DNA from: an uncultured virus (IMG/VR IMGVR_UViG_3300023705_000157)
Lineage: Duplodnaviria; Heunggongvirae; Uroviricota; Caudoviricetes
Length of the DNA stretch: 64,000 bases
Virus record (IMG/VR): IMGVR_UViG_3300023705_000157
Strand: one strand, 5' to 3'
Under the pieces are notes generated by a model. That model was given only the letters and a program-made list of their open reading frames with translations, was not told where the DNA came from and did no database searches. Position numbers and translations under genes: made by a program. This document shows positions 1 through 9,152 of this stretch, in pieces; position 1 is the first letter of the stretch; each line of letters starts with the position of its first letter.

Positions 1-1077
1 TTACTGTTTGCACATACCAACTTGCACATACTGGGGCGGCCGTGGCAGGGCATCCATGGCCGCCTTTTTCTGCGCGTTTCGGACGTGCTGATAGTGTTGC
101 AACACCATGACGGGTGACTTGTGGCCCATGAGCGCAGCCACCGTGCCGTAGTCCACACCGGCCGCAATGGCTTCCGTGGCAAAACCGTGCCGCAGATCAT
201 AGGGGCGTATGTGCCGGGTAATACCAGCCCGGCGCAAGGCCGCCGCCCATGCGGTCTTGATTTTCCGCACCGGCTTGCCGTGGTAGGTGACGACATAATC
301 AATGCCCTGCTCTCTGTCTTGCATCTGCCAAGCCAAGAGAAGGGGTTTGATGTCTTCGCGGATCGGGATTTCCCGCCACGGCTCATCGTTTCCTTTCTGG
401 GCATTCGGAACACGCATGATGCCGCCGTGAATATCCACATCCGCCCATTTGAGCCGCAACAGCTCACACGCTCCGACGCGCATACCAAAGTAATAGCCGA
501 GTACCACCACCCGGCGTAGATGCTCCGGGGCTGCGTCATAGAGCTTTGACACCTCATCGGGCGTCGGCGGAATAAACCGCGCATGCTGGCCCATGGGCAT
601 CGGAGGGAACAGCGGCAACTCATTGATATAGCCGTTCCGATGCGCCCACCGCAGCACGGTTTGCACGATGCCGAGCTTTCTGCGGATTGTCGTGGGCTTG
701 TTGCCTTTTGCAAGCATGCTTCCCTTCATTTCTGCCAAGATTTCCTTGCTGACCTTGGCGATTTCTATATCACCGTATTGTTGCAAGATAGCCTTGGACG
801 CAGACATGGTTCTCTCAAGGCACGGCAGGCTAAAATTGCGCTCCCGAAGATACAGATAGAACACGCTTTCTAGGGTTTGCACTATCTGCTGCGAATGATG
901 ATCTCCGCTGCGCCTGAAAGAATCCCGTTCATATTTGAGCTGGTACTTGATGAAAGCATCCAGCTTTTCAGCTTCCTCCTTTGTTTCACAAGATTTACTT
1001 TCCATCGCGCCAGTAAATGGGTTCTTGTAATAAACAAAAAAGGGGCGTTTCCGCCCCCTCTGTTCACGAATTGCCAT
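1..1077 (-). CDS. int: Tyrosine recombinase / phage integrase
   Basis: GMRVG (catalytic R), YDLRHGFAT (Y-x-x-R box), LMGH and HYQH catalytic motifs; start taken at MAIREQ. Confidence 0.95.
   Translation of the reverse strand: MAIREQRGRKRPFFVYYKNPFTGAMESKSCETKEEAEKLDAFIKYQLKYERDSFRRSGDHHSQQIVQTLESVFYLYLRERNFSLPCLERTMSASKAILQQYGDIEIAKVSKEILAEMKGSMLAKGNKPTTIRRKLGIVQTVLRWAHRNGYINELPLFPPMPMGQHARFIPPTPDEVSKLYDAAPEHLRRVVVLGYYFGMRVGACELLRLKWADVDIHGGIMRVPNAQKGNDEPWREIPIREDIKPLLLAWQMQDREQGIDYVVTYHGKPVRKIKTAWAAALRRAGITRHIRPYDLRHGFATEAIAAGVDYGTVAALMGHKSPVMVLQHYQHVRNAQKKAAMDALPRPPQYVQVGMCKQ
8..31 (+). repeat. Putative integrase arm-type sites, left arm
   Basis: TTGCACATAC at 8-17 and 22-31; the same motif recurs at 59705-59772. 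Confidence 0.6.
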
Positions 1078-1090
1078 TTTTACACGCTCC

Positions 1091-1384
1091 CTATTGCGTG
1101 GGATGCTCCCGGTTGAACTCCGCAAAAAGATCATGTGCCGACCGTCCCTGAACGGGGCGCACAATTCTGGGCCGTCGGCGCTGCTCCTTCTGCTCCTGGG
1201 CTTCTGCGTGTAATATGTCCGCTACCCGGATAACAGCAGAGGTGCGCCAGCGCAAGCCGTGCCCCCGCCCCCGCCCCAAGTCAACAGGCTTGACGCCGTA
1301 CTTTGCAAGGGTAGCGCGGGCCTGCTCCTCGGACATGCTCAATACCTGGCCGATTTCCTTCCTCCGCAGATACAAGGGTTCCAT
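1091..1384 (-). CDS. Putative excisionase / small DNA-binding protein
   Basis: Small basic ORF directly upstream of int with a wHTH-like pattern. Confidence 0.5.
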   Translation of the reverse strand: MEPLYLRRKEIGQVLSMSEEQARATLAKYGVKPVDLGRGRGHGLRWRTSAVIRVADILHAEAQEQKEQRRRPRIVRPVQGRSAHDLFAEFNREHPTQ

Positions 1385-1387
1385 ATA

Positions 1388-1642
1388 TCAATCCTCTGCT
1401 GTGCAGCCCTTGCCGACAGCAAGGGCCTTTGAAAGCAACTGTTTTTCAGGTGGAAAAAAGGTTTTCTCCGCCTCCACAAGCGAACAGCGATATTCGTTCA
1501 CGTCATCCCGGTAGACCAAGGCAGGACACGGCGGTGTGGCATCTGGCATTATTACATGGATACCTTCGCAACACTCGGATTCACAGCAGCGTCCGCAGTG
1601 TGTGCATGGTTCTCCAAGTTTTGCTTTGGGCGGACGGTGCAT
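1388..1642 (-). CDS. Small Cys-rich metal-binding protein
   Basis: CTHCGRCCESECC...CPAL...C motif; coupled to neighbouring ORFs. Confidence 0.6.
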   Translation of the reverse strand: MHRPPKAKLGEPCTHCGRCCESECCEGIHVIMPDATPPCPALVYRDDVNEYRCSLVEAEKTFFPPEKQLLSKALAVGKGCTAED

Positions 1643-1989
1643 TACCCTTCCCCCACCGGGGGCTGAATTGGGCCAGCCATATAATCATTGTCTGGCAAAC
1701 CGTCGTTCAGTTCAGCAGCCAATTCTTTATCCACGGGAATTACATGCTGCCGCTGAATCCGATTTTTATGCCAGTACCAGCCCTCGGTCTTGGGAGCGGA
1801 GCGCATCCACCGCAACTTTCGCGGCAGCTCATTCCAAACTGTTACCGCATCGACTTCCGTGCTTTCACAAGGGCCGGACATGCCGCAAGTGAGGCACTGC
1901 ACAAAATACACACCCGCTACGTCGTCAAGGATTGTTTCGAGGTTTTCCGCCTCACAGTGAGGGCAACGGGCGGGCTGAACATCATTCAT
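1642..1989 (-). CDS. Lar-family (restriction alleviation-like) zinc-finger protein
   Basis: CPHC...CLTC...AVTVWN pattern. Confidence 0.7.
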   Translation of the reverse strand: MNDVQPARCPHCEAENLETILDDVAGVYFVQCLTCGMSGPCESTEVDAVTVWNELPRKLRWMRSAPKTEGWYWHKNRIQRQHVIPVDKELAAELNDGLPDNDYMAGPIQPPVGEG

Positions 1990-2344
1990 CGTCGGGCTCC
2001 TTTGCGGCTCGCTCTATCGTCGCATCCACGGCGGCGCGAGACTGGGCCAAAATATCTTGCGGAATCTGGTCATGTCCAGGCCATGCCAGCAATGCTTGCA
2101 GCGCTGCAAGCATTGCTGGTGCAGCAGCCCTTACACGGGCACGGGCTTGTTCTTCTGCCCATCGTGCATTCCATTCAGCCTCCCGTTTCGCCTTCATTTC
2201 AGACCGCCGCACAGGGTCATGGATCTTGCAGTACCATTTGCCGTTGCGTTCTACCGAGGCAGTGCGGCCACATGCCTCATCCCAGCGATTCCAGCCTTTG
2301 CCGTGCGATACTCTCTCGCAGCAGATATGCCGATCCTCTTTCAT
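1982..2344 (-). CDS. Hypothetical phage protein
   Basis: Overlap-coupled ORF; AAAPAMLAAL motif common in phage early proteins. Confidence 0.65.
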   Translation of the reverse strand: MKEDRHICCERVSHGKGWNRWDEACGRTASVERNGKWYCKIHDPVRRSEMKAKREAEWNARWAEEQARARVRAAAPAMLAALQALLAWPGHDQIPQDILAQSRAAVDATIERAAKEPDDE

Positions 2345-2345
2345 A

Positions 2346-3182
2346 TCAACCTCTCACGACTTGAAAATCAGGTTGCCAGCGGTAAGAAACTGACGCATCT
2401 GCCATGTCGATCATCCACCAGCCGCCGTCCTTGTCGCACAACCAGTCCACAGACCAGTCGCCCGGCACGACATCAGCTATCTTGAGGGTTTCGACGGACA
2501 GGTATGCGTACTCATTCCACAACAGCCGTGATATTTCCCGAAGATGCTTGCGCCAGTCCGGGCCAGCATCATCATTCAAGTAATCAGCCACGGCCATTTC
2601 AGGCCAGTAGGGTTGAACGTGGCTGATCTGCCCGCCCTCCACGAAGAAACGAAATTCACGGGTAACGGGCATCCGCGCAAAGGCATGGAAAATCGGCCGG
2701 GTTGGAATGAGCTGGCGAACCATAAGCGTGTGGTATGCCTGTTCGGGAAAGCCAAGGAGGGAGTGTTCAATCACCGCTGCAATGGCTGTCGGGAAGTCTT
2801 CGGAATTGCGGACGACGCACCGGGCCCGTTCCCACCCGTGCTTGCAGGATGTCTGCCCTGTACGGAAGAAAACCGGGTATCCGCCGATGGAATCCGCAGC
2901 GGCCCCGAGACCGGCGAGAAGCTCTTGCATGCCCTTGGGCGTAATTCCATCCACCAAGAATCCGAGCTCATATTCCACGGGAACCAGCACCGTTTTGGGG
3001 GTATTCACGACCTTGGAGGCCGCAGGATACCAGTTTTGCGCTCCCGTGCGTTCATAGGGGCCAGGCGGCATGCGGAACGGCGGCCGATTTTTTTCGCGTT
3101 CGAGGTATTCTTCATATCCCGGCTCACCAGAGCGCGGAGGCAAGCCTGTGCCCACTATCTGCGATAGATTTTCATCAGGCAT
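2346..3182 (-). CDS. ATP-grasp fold protein (R2K/Cdc123-like)
   Basis: FFRTGQTSCKH, EFRFFV, WSVD and WWMIDM motifs in ATP-grasp order. Confidence 0.6.
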   Translation of the reverse strand: MPDENLSQIVGTGLPPRSGEPGYEEYLEREKNRPPFRMPPGPYERTGAQNWYPAASKVVNTPKTVLVPVEYELGFLVDGITPKGMQELLAGLGAAADSIGGYPVFFRTGQTSCKHGWERARCVVRNSEDFPTAIAAVIEHSLLGFPEQAYHTLMVRQLIPTRPIFHAFARMPVTREFRFFVEGGQISHVQPYWPEMAVADYLNDDAGPDWRKHLREISRLLWNEYAYLSVETLKIADVVPGDWSVDWLCDKDGGWWMIDMADASVSYRWQPDFQVVRG

Positions 3183-3384
3183 GGCCTTTCTCCTTTACCA
3201 TGCTGGCTGCGACAGCTCGGCTTGCGGCGGTAAGGATGGGGCTGGGATCGCCAACGCCCAACACATCCGCAAGACGTTTCGCCAGATGATCCACCATCCT
3301 CTCAAGGAGGACAATTTGCCGCTCCGCATCCCGTAATTGTTCTTCATAGCTAACCATCGGCTCTCTTTCATCTGGAAACAGCAT
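3175..3384 (-). CDS. Hypothetical protein
   Basis: Short helical ORF overlapping both neighbours in the leftward operon. Confidence 0.5.
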   Translation of the reverse strand: MLFPDEREPMVSYEEQLRDAERQIVLLERMVDHLAKRLADVLGVGDPSPILTAASRAVAASMVKEKGHA

Positions 3385-3931
3385 GATTCTCCATCTCCAC
3401 GGCTTGCCTTGCTGCTGCATCCCAGCAGCACTTGCATGGCGTTGTTTCGCCCGGCAGGGCATCCTGGCATGAAATACCTCTCGGGCGGATTGACGGGCAT
3501 GTGACGCAACCTTTGCTGGCGGCTCTGTCGCTCGTCAGCCAGTCGCGTTCTGCCTGTGCCTTTTTCAGTTCAGCCAGCCGAACGAGTACGGCTGACATGA
3601 TCCGCTGTATGACGGCAGGATTGACGGCAGCCATGAAACGCGCATTTTTGCCGGATTCGCCTGGGTCTGGGTGCTTTTTGCCGGCAAAGTGAGCTGCGCG
3701 GGCCTCGTGTTCTTCCTCTTTCGTACACCAGTGGGGCGACATGCGGGCCAAGACCCTGATGGGAACACGGGAATCCATGTCCGGGTTTTTGGCGTAAATC
3801 TCCCACCAATCCCAATGTTCCACGCCGAAAATCTGCTCCACGGTATCAGAACATGCCCATGGGCCGGAGGTAGCTTCCCAGGCCAGAGCGAGTATGCCGC
3901 GGATCTCGGCTTCAAGTTCCGCGTCGGTCAT
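3368..3931 (-). CDS. Ead/Ea22-like phage protein
   Basis: ATSGPW...NARFMAAVNPAVI motif. Confidence 0.6.
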   Translation of the reverse strand: MTDAELEAEIRGILALAWEATSGPWACSDTVEQIFGVEHWDWWEIYAKNPDMDSRVPIRVLARMSPHWCTKEEEHEARAAHFAGKKHPDPGESGKNARFMAAVNPAVIQRIMSAVLVRLAELKKAQAERDWLTSDRAASKGCVTCPSIRPRGISCQDALPGETTPCKCCWDAAARQAVEMENHAVSR

Positions 3932-4256
3932 GCTTCGGCTTCCTTCGGCCTGCGAAGCGGGCTGCAATTCTCTGAAGGCTCCTGATTCCGTTCAAGGCCG
4001 ACACCTTTTGCCGATAATGGCTTATGAGCTCCGCAACTGTTGCGCCGTTCCGCGCCACCAGCTTCACGGTGAAGCGGCCTTCCGGGTTCTTCTCCAGCAA
4101 GAACTTCGGATTTGAGAGACAAGGGGGGAAAATCGTCGCGTCCTCAATCCTTGCGTTTTGGGCTGTGTTGAACACAATATCCCTGCTCTTTGACAGCACT
4201 CGCGCAAGCGGCGCGCCATTCGGAGCGCAGATGGTATTCATATCGTGGTCAGACAT
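3912..4256 (-). CDS. Hypothetical protein
   Basis: Operon-coupled ORF with GAGGG upstream. Confidence 0.55.
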   Translation of the reverse strand: MSDHDMNTICAPNGAPLARVLSKSRDIVFNTAQNARIEDATIFPPCLSNPKFLLEKNPEGRFTVKLVARNGATVAELISHYRQKVSALNGIRSLQRIAARFAGRRKPKHDRRGT

Positions 4257-4629
4257 GGTTCCCCTCCTCCGGCACCGGGATGGGGCCTGCCCATTCGCCG
4301 GGCATATCCTTCAGCGAATTAAAATTCCCTCCGGGAAAATGCAGCCCGCCATGGAACAACCGCCCTATGATGCGTTGTCCATCATCATGTTTATACCAGT
4401 ACCAGCCCTCTTTTGTCGGCCGCTCCCGCGTCCACCGCAGCCTGCGCGGCAGGGCGTTCCAGGCGGCGACAACGGCCCCTGTTGCATCCATTCCCGGCAG
4501 ATTCCGGGCGTTCAAAGAGAGCGTGGGGCCTCTCATGTTGCACGACAGACATTCAACGAACATGCGGCCTTCAAGTTCACAGAAGGCGGCTTTGCCCTCA
4601 CATACAGGGCACGGCTTCAGTTCCACCAT
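4249..4629 (-). CDS. Lar-family zinc-finger protein (paralog of 1642-1989)
   Basis: LKPCPVC...CLSC...AWN; shares the LPRxLRW...EGWYW tail with 1642-1989. Confidence 0.7.
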   Translation of the reverse strand: MVELKPCPVCEGKAAFCELEGRMFVECLSCNMRGPTLSLNARNLPGMDATGAVVAAWNALPRRLRWTRERPTKEGWYWYKHDDGQRIIGRLFHGGLHFPGGNFNSLKDMPGEWAGPIPVPEEGNHV

Positions 4630-4913
4630 GTGGCCTCCTTGGCGGCGTTGAGCCACAGCTTTCGATTGATATCCGAGCATTCCGTGTAAGGAAAAATGCA
4701 GCGGCTTTTGCACATAGTGCAGTATTCTGAGGCAGCAGAATACACAGATGAATCCTGCTCGCTGCAATGGTCTGCAAGTTTCCCCGCTAACCAGTCCCTC
4801 TCCCGCCGCGCCTGCCGCAGTTCAGCAATCAGGTCGAGAACGGCGTTTCTGAAATGGCCCGGCGTCGCGGCCTTGGCGGTGGCTTCCAGCGCATCAAGTT
4901 CTTCGTCAGACAT
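4617..4913 (-). CDS. Ead/Ea22-like short protein
   Basis: LEATAKAATPG...ELRQARRERDWL; similar to 3368-3931. Confidence 0.55.
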   Translation of the reverse strand: MSDEELDALEATAKAATPGHFRNAVLDLIAELRQARRERDWLAGKLADHCSEQDSSVYSAASEYCTMCKSRCIFPYTECSDINRKLWLNAAKEATWWN

Positions 4914-5673
4914 TGCTCTCCCCCTTCACTCCGGCCACGCTCCCGATATAATTGACAAGCTCGGAGGCCTCTTGCTCCGTCATCGCGCCGATACTCGCAT
5001 GCACGATGACACCCGGCGAGGCATAGCAGTGGAAGGCCAAGACTTGGCCGGTATCGGAGGCCGTCAGGCCGCGCCGCCACCCTGCGGCGTAGGTGAGCGG
5101 ATCAACGATGGCCCTGGGGCCGTTGTCCTTGAGCGCCTGCCAAAAGTGATGCCAGTGGTCAACGAGGGCTTGCCAGCGGGATAGACGCTGCTCATTGATG
5201 AACGCGCAATGCTTTGCGACAATGAAGCCGCCATCGTGCGCCCATGCCCCAAAGGCACGGCAATCGAACCTGTCTGGGTGTCCCCACCCTCTGACCACGG
5301 TATCCACCATCTCGCAGGACATCCCGCACTGCACCTCCGGGCCTCGCCTGCCGAAATCCTCCAGCAGGCACTCTCGCAGGGTGACACGGCATCCGGCCTC
5401 GTCGGGCCTCTTGCCCCTGTCCCCGCTGCCGGAAAGGAGCAGCTTGCCCGCCCCCCGGATGATGCAACGCTCAAAAAGCGCCGATGCGCCCCACGTCACG
5501 GCGGCCGCCTCGTCCTGGTACTTTTTGCCCAGCGGCAGGCCGGAGAAGTCGATTGTGCTGTCCCTGACGTGCAGGAATTCTCCGGGGACGGCGATACCTA
5601 TGCCGTCGTTGCCATTGTACGGCCCGGCGAGCTGTCCGGGATCGGTGATGAACCTGTCGGCTATCTCAAGCAT
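4906..5673 (-). CDS. Hypothetical protein, possible right-handed beta-helix (pectate-lyase-like)
   Basis: Repeated FxxCxI/L beta-strand motifs, QDEA and RRGPEV; paralogous fragment at ~58.3 kb. Confidence 0.55.
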   Translation of the reverse strand: MLEIADRFITDPGQLAGPYNGNDGIGIAVPGEFLHVRDSTIDFSGLPLGKKYQDEAAAVTWGASALFERCIIRGAGKLLLSGSGDRGKRPDEAGCRVTLRECLLEDFGRRGPEVQCGMSCEMVDTVVRGWGHPDRFDCRAFGAWAHDGGFIVAKHCAFINEQRLSRWQALVDHWHHFWQALKDNGPRAIVDPLTYAAGWRRGLTASDTGQVLAFHCYASPGVIVHASIGAMTEQEASELVNYIGSVAGVKGESNV

Positions 5674-5953
5674 TACTGCACCCCCGCAGATTTTTTACAC
5701 GCGGCCAGTAGAGCTTGCCCTTGCCCTTGCCCGACGGCACATGCACGATGTAGGATTCATGGTCTCGCGGCAGGCCAGGGCCGCCCCCGGACGCATAACG
5801 CGCCCCATCGGCTGCTGCCGATGCCTTTTCAATGTATTCGCCGGGGCCGCAATTCGGGGGAATGACAGCCACAATGCGCCCATGCTTTTGGGTTGTGCTG
5901 CCGAATGAGGTTGATTCCCACTCCACATTATCGCCGATCTTGAACTCTGCCAT
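5666..5953 (-). CDS. Hypothetical phage protein
   Basis: GGAGG SD; FKIGDNVEW SH3/KOW-like start; LYWPRV. Confidence 0.7.
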   Translation of the reverse strand: MAEFKIGDNVEWESTSFGSTTQKHGRIVAVIPPNCGPGEYIEKASAAADGARYASGGGPGLPRDHESYIVHVPSGKGKGKLYWPRVKNLRGCSNA

Positions 5954-5972
5954 TTTGTTCCTCCAAGGCATG

Positions 5973-6000
5973 AAAAAGGCCGCCCGAGGGGGGCGGCCTT
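5973..6000 (-). terminator. Intrinsic terminator
   Basis: AAGGCCGCCC/GGGCGGCCTT stem with a T-tract on the minus strand. Confidence 0.7.
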
Positions 6001-6026
6001 GATTTGTGAATGATTGTGAAATCTGC

Positions 6027-6659
6027 CTATCTGCTGAAACTGACGTGCGCCCTGACGTTGTAAATCATGCGCAGGGCGTAAATGGCCTGATTGAGCGATG
6101 TGACGGCCACGTTAGCCGCCTCGTTCGCGTTGTCGTAGAGCATCTGCTTTTCATCGGAGAGTATCATGCTGCGCCCGCCGGGGCGGGCGAAAATGTGCAA
6201 GGCTTCCCTGATGGCCTCGGCATTGCGCCGGAGGCGGTTCACGTCATCAAAAAACGGCTTGCCGCATTCGTAGGTCGCGGCGTCAAGCATGGCATTGGGA
6301 ACAGCGGGCAAGGGCATCTGCTGCTGCCTTGGCTTTTCCACGTACCGACCCGTCTTGCGGATGGCCGGGAGGACTTCCGACGCAACCCAGTTCGTGAAGG
6401 CGTCGGCTTCCGGCTTGTTGCTGCGGAACGCCAGCTTGTACACGGCGGGTTCAGTGATGAGCGTCAAGTCCCGCGTGGGGAAGCCTTCCATGCGGAACTT
6501 ACGCATGGAACGCTTCCAACTATCGGGAATGACGGCCAATGTCTTGCCGCGCCAAGAGATGCCAAGCGCCCTGCACACATCGACCGCCGCGAACCACGTT
6601 TGATTATTTTCGGTGATGGTGCGGACGGCCTGACTGCCATAGGTGAAAAGCTGTGACAT
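6027..6659 (-). CDS. BRO-N domain antirepressor
   Basis: WFAAVDVCRALGI, EPAVYKLAFRSNKPEADAFTNWVASEVLPAIRKTGRY. Confidence 0.92.
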   Translation of the reverse strand: MSQLFTYGSQAVRTITENNQTWFAAVDVCRALGISWRGKTLAVIPDSWKRSMRKFRMEGFPTRDLTLITEPAVYKLAFRSNKPEADAFTNWVASEVLPAIRKTGRYVEKPRQQQMPLPAVPNAMLDAATYECGKPFFDDVNRLRRNAEAIREALHIFARPGGRSMILSDEKQMLYDNANEAANVAVTSLNQAIYALRMIYNVRAHVSFSR

Positions 6660-6703
6660 GGGGAACTCCAGTGTTTAGTAGTAGGCATTGAAAAATGAGC
6701 AAT

Positions 6704-6780
6704 GCCGGGCCTCAACTACCGCACTGGACGGCTGCCTTTATTCCCCCGGAGGGTATTGTATTAGAGGCTATCAACCCGGC
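6704..6780 (-). ncRNA. c4-type antisense RNA (P1 c4 / P4 CI-like) upstream of the antirepressor
   Basis: GCCGGG/CCCGGC closing stem, TAATACAATACC segment, internal hairpins; complementary sites at 6668-6682 and 6854-6866. Confidence 0.65.
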
Positions 6781-6962
6781 AATCAGGCAAAAGAAAACCC
6801 GACATAGAGCCGGGCAGGACGCGCGCGATTTTGGAACAGCGGCGCGGACACTGCCAGTGAAGTAGTGCCCACACCTTGGCGGATTTCCGGGTGGATGTCA
6901 AGAGAGGTGGCTTGAAGCAGAGATAGGCGTGAGATAGGATGGAACCACCTACAGGAGGAATT

Positions 6963-7853
6963 ATGCCCGAAAATATCCAGATTACCCAAGAAAGCATATC
7001 TATCGACTACGACGGCGAAGCACTGAGCAACCACGAGATGAGTCTAGAGGAATTTGCCAACTCGTTATTGGCATTTAAGAGCCTTGCAGAAAGAACGAAC
7101 ACCATTATCAACGGGAAAGACAAACCTATTTATATAAAAATTAAGGGTAGTGTCAACGAGGGTTCTGTCTCTATAGACCTTTTAGCGCAATGGATAGGCC
7201 CTGTTGTTCCATTCGTGAAACCAATAGTTTTTCAAACAATAAAAGAATTTTTCAACTATCTAAAATTTTTGTCTGGCCAGCCTTTTGCCAAGAAAGAAGC
7301 AAAAAAGGACGAAAGCGGGGCTGTTACTATGCACGTCACGAATCAATCTGGGCAAGTCACTATAGTTAATCAAAATATTATTAACATGAGCGGTAGTCAG
7401 TCAATCAAGAGCGACACAGGAAGATTTTTTGCTCCACTTGAATCGACTGTGGAAAAAATAAAATGCGGAACAAAAGAGTCGATAGAAAATGATAAGCCAG
7501 ATGTACTTGCCTTCAGTTCCGACAAGGACATCTATATACCGACTCCTGATGAACAAACAGATGAATCGACGAGCCAATGCACCCTTGAGCTAGTAACAAT
7601 CAATTTTGACGGAAAGCCAACAGGGTGGAGATTTTACGATGAAGAAAACGACGCCGAGTTTTCCAGCAGTATTTCTGATGCAAATTTTTTGGAAAGCGTA
7701 AAGAACAAAAAACTTGATTTCTTAGCTGGAGACAGAATCACTGCTGAGATGACGACAACAAAGGCTATGGTATCGCAAAGAAAAAAGACCTCAAGAAATA
7801 TAATAAAAGTTTATTCTCGCTTACGTGGCGATGAGGTTGTCGCCTTTGAATAG
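6963..7853 (+). CDS. AT-rich moron, hypothetical protein
   Basis: 296-aa ORF with AGGAGG SD, antisense to the operon, visibly low GC. Confidence 0.85.
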   Translation: MPENIQITQESISIDYDGEALSNHEMSLEEFANSLLAFKSLAERTNTIINGKDKPIYIKIKGSVNEGSVSIDLLAQWIGPVVPFVKPIVFQTIKEFFNYLKFLSGQPFAKKEAKKDESGAVTMHVTNQSGQVTIVNQNIINMSGSQSIKSDTGRFFAPLESTVEKIKCGTKESIENDKPDVLAFSSDKDIYIPTPDEQTDESTSQCTLELVTINFDGKPTGWRFYDEENDAEFSSSISDANFLESVKNKKLDFLAGDRITAEMTTTKAMVSQRKKTSRNIIKVYSRLRGDEVVAFE

Positions 7854-7941
7854 CAGCCGAACAGGAGAATAATCCGCCGTTCTCTCTCGCGCGCGCCGGG
7901 AAAAAGCCCGCCTACTGTTGCCCGGCGGGCGGGGCGTGTGC

Positions 7942-8670
7942 CTACGCGATGACGTGAAGGCCGGGAACCATCTTTTCCAGGTACTCCTTGACGATGCGCA
8001 TTGCCTCGCAGCGCCACGCTCCGCCATCGGCTTCAAAGAGGGCAAAGCCCACTTCGCCACCCTCGCCGCCCTTGGCGCGGAAGACGAACCTGGAGGCGGG
8101 CTGCTCCACTTCGGCGAACGTCCTGAACGGGCGCAGGGTCACGGGGTTGGGCAGGGCTTCGGTGCCGACGGCCGCCACGCCCTTGCGAACGGTGACGGCC
8201 TGCGTCACGCCGTCATCGGCGCTGTTGGCAGAGGCGGTCTGGGTCACATTGGAGGCGTAGCGCAGCACCTTGGCCCTGTCCGTGGCCTGGGCGGCGTCAT
8301 CCGGCTCCACAAAGGCGGACTGGACGAGGATGTTGAACTCCTCCGCTCCGATGAATTTGTTGAGCGGAATCTGCACCTGTTGCAGCTTCGCATGGATGAA
8401 GGCGGGACGGTCGCGGAAACCGCCTTCCAGGCCGGAGTACAGAATGACGCTGGCCGGCGATTCCACATGGCACAGCAGTTTGTCTTTGTTGAGGCTGTCC
8501 ACGTCGGCGTTGATGTAGTCGACAATCCCCGTGAGCGTCGTAACGTAGATGGTTTTGGGGAGGGGCGCATGGACGGGGTGAACTTCGCCCGTGGTATAGG
8601 GGCGGCCCTCAATCGTGATTTCTTCGGGCTTGGCGTCGTTGCGAATGGCGCGATACAGGGCTTCAAGCAT
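7942..8670 (-). CDS. Conserved phage protein
   Basis: LPNPVTLRPFRTFAEVEQPASRFVFR...FEADGGAW family motif. Confidence 0.8.
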   Translation of the reverse strand: MLEALYRAIRNDAKPEEITIEGRPYTTGEVHPVHAPLPKTIYVTTLTGIVDYINADVDSLNKDKLLCHVESPASVILYSGLEGGFRDRPAFIHAKLQQVQIPLNKFIGAEEFNILVQSAFVEPDDAAQATDRAKVLRYASNVTQTASANSADDGVTQAVTVRKGVAAVGTEALPNPVTLRPFRTFAEVEQPASRFVFRAKGGEGGEVGFALFEADGGAWRCEAMRIVKEYLEKMVPGLHVIA

Positions 8671-8696
8671 GAACTGTTCTCCTTTTTGGTGGATGG

Positions 8697-9074
8697 TTAC
8701 TGGTTGCCGCCGTTACCGGCGAATTTGGTGATTTTGCCGCTGGCGTTCTTGTCCACTTCGGGCAATCTGGCCTGATTGGGGTTTTCGCCGCTGGTCAGCT
8801 CGGAGGCTCCGACTTCGCCCGTGATGGGGTCAGCGCCCAAGCGAATGGCCGTGACGATGGGCTTGGGCGGGGCCAGCACGGAAGAAACCTGCACAGTCAC
8901 GGAACCCATGCTGCGGTCTTCATCCGGCTTGATGACCATTTCCATTTTGACTTTGCGGGCCTTGGTCGAAGGGGTGTTGGGGTCGCAGATGTTGGCGACA
9001 ACGCGCTCAATTTCCTCATGGATGCGCTCTACCAGCCCGCCTCCGGCAAGGTTCTCAACTGTGATCTGAATCAT
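8697..9074 (-). CDS. Conserved phage protein, usual partner of 7942-8670
   Basis: LAGGGLVER...NICDPNT...ARKV motif. Confidence 0.75.
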   Translation of the reverse strand: MIQITVENLAGGGLVERIHEEIERVVANICDPNTPSTKARKVKMEMVIKPDEDRSMGSVTVQVSSVLAPPKPIVTAIRLGADPITGEVGASELTSGENPNQARLPEVDKNASGKITKFAGNGGNQ

Positions 9075-9152
9075 GTCTGCTCCTGAAAAAAGTTTGGCCC
9101 GCGCCGGGGGGAGACCGACGCGGGCACAGTTAGGGGGTGGTGGGGAGATCTT

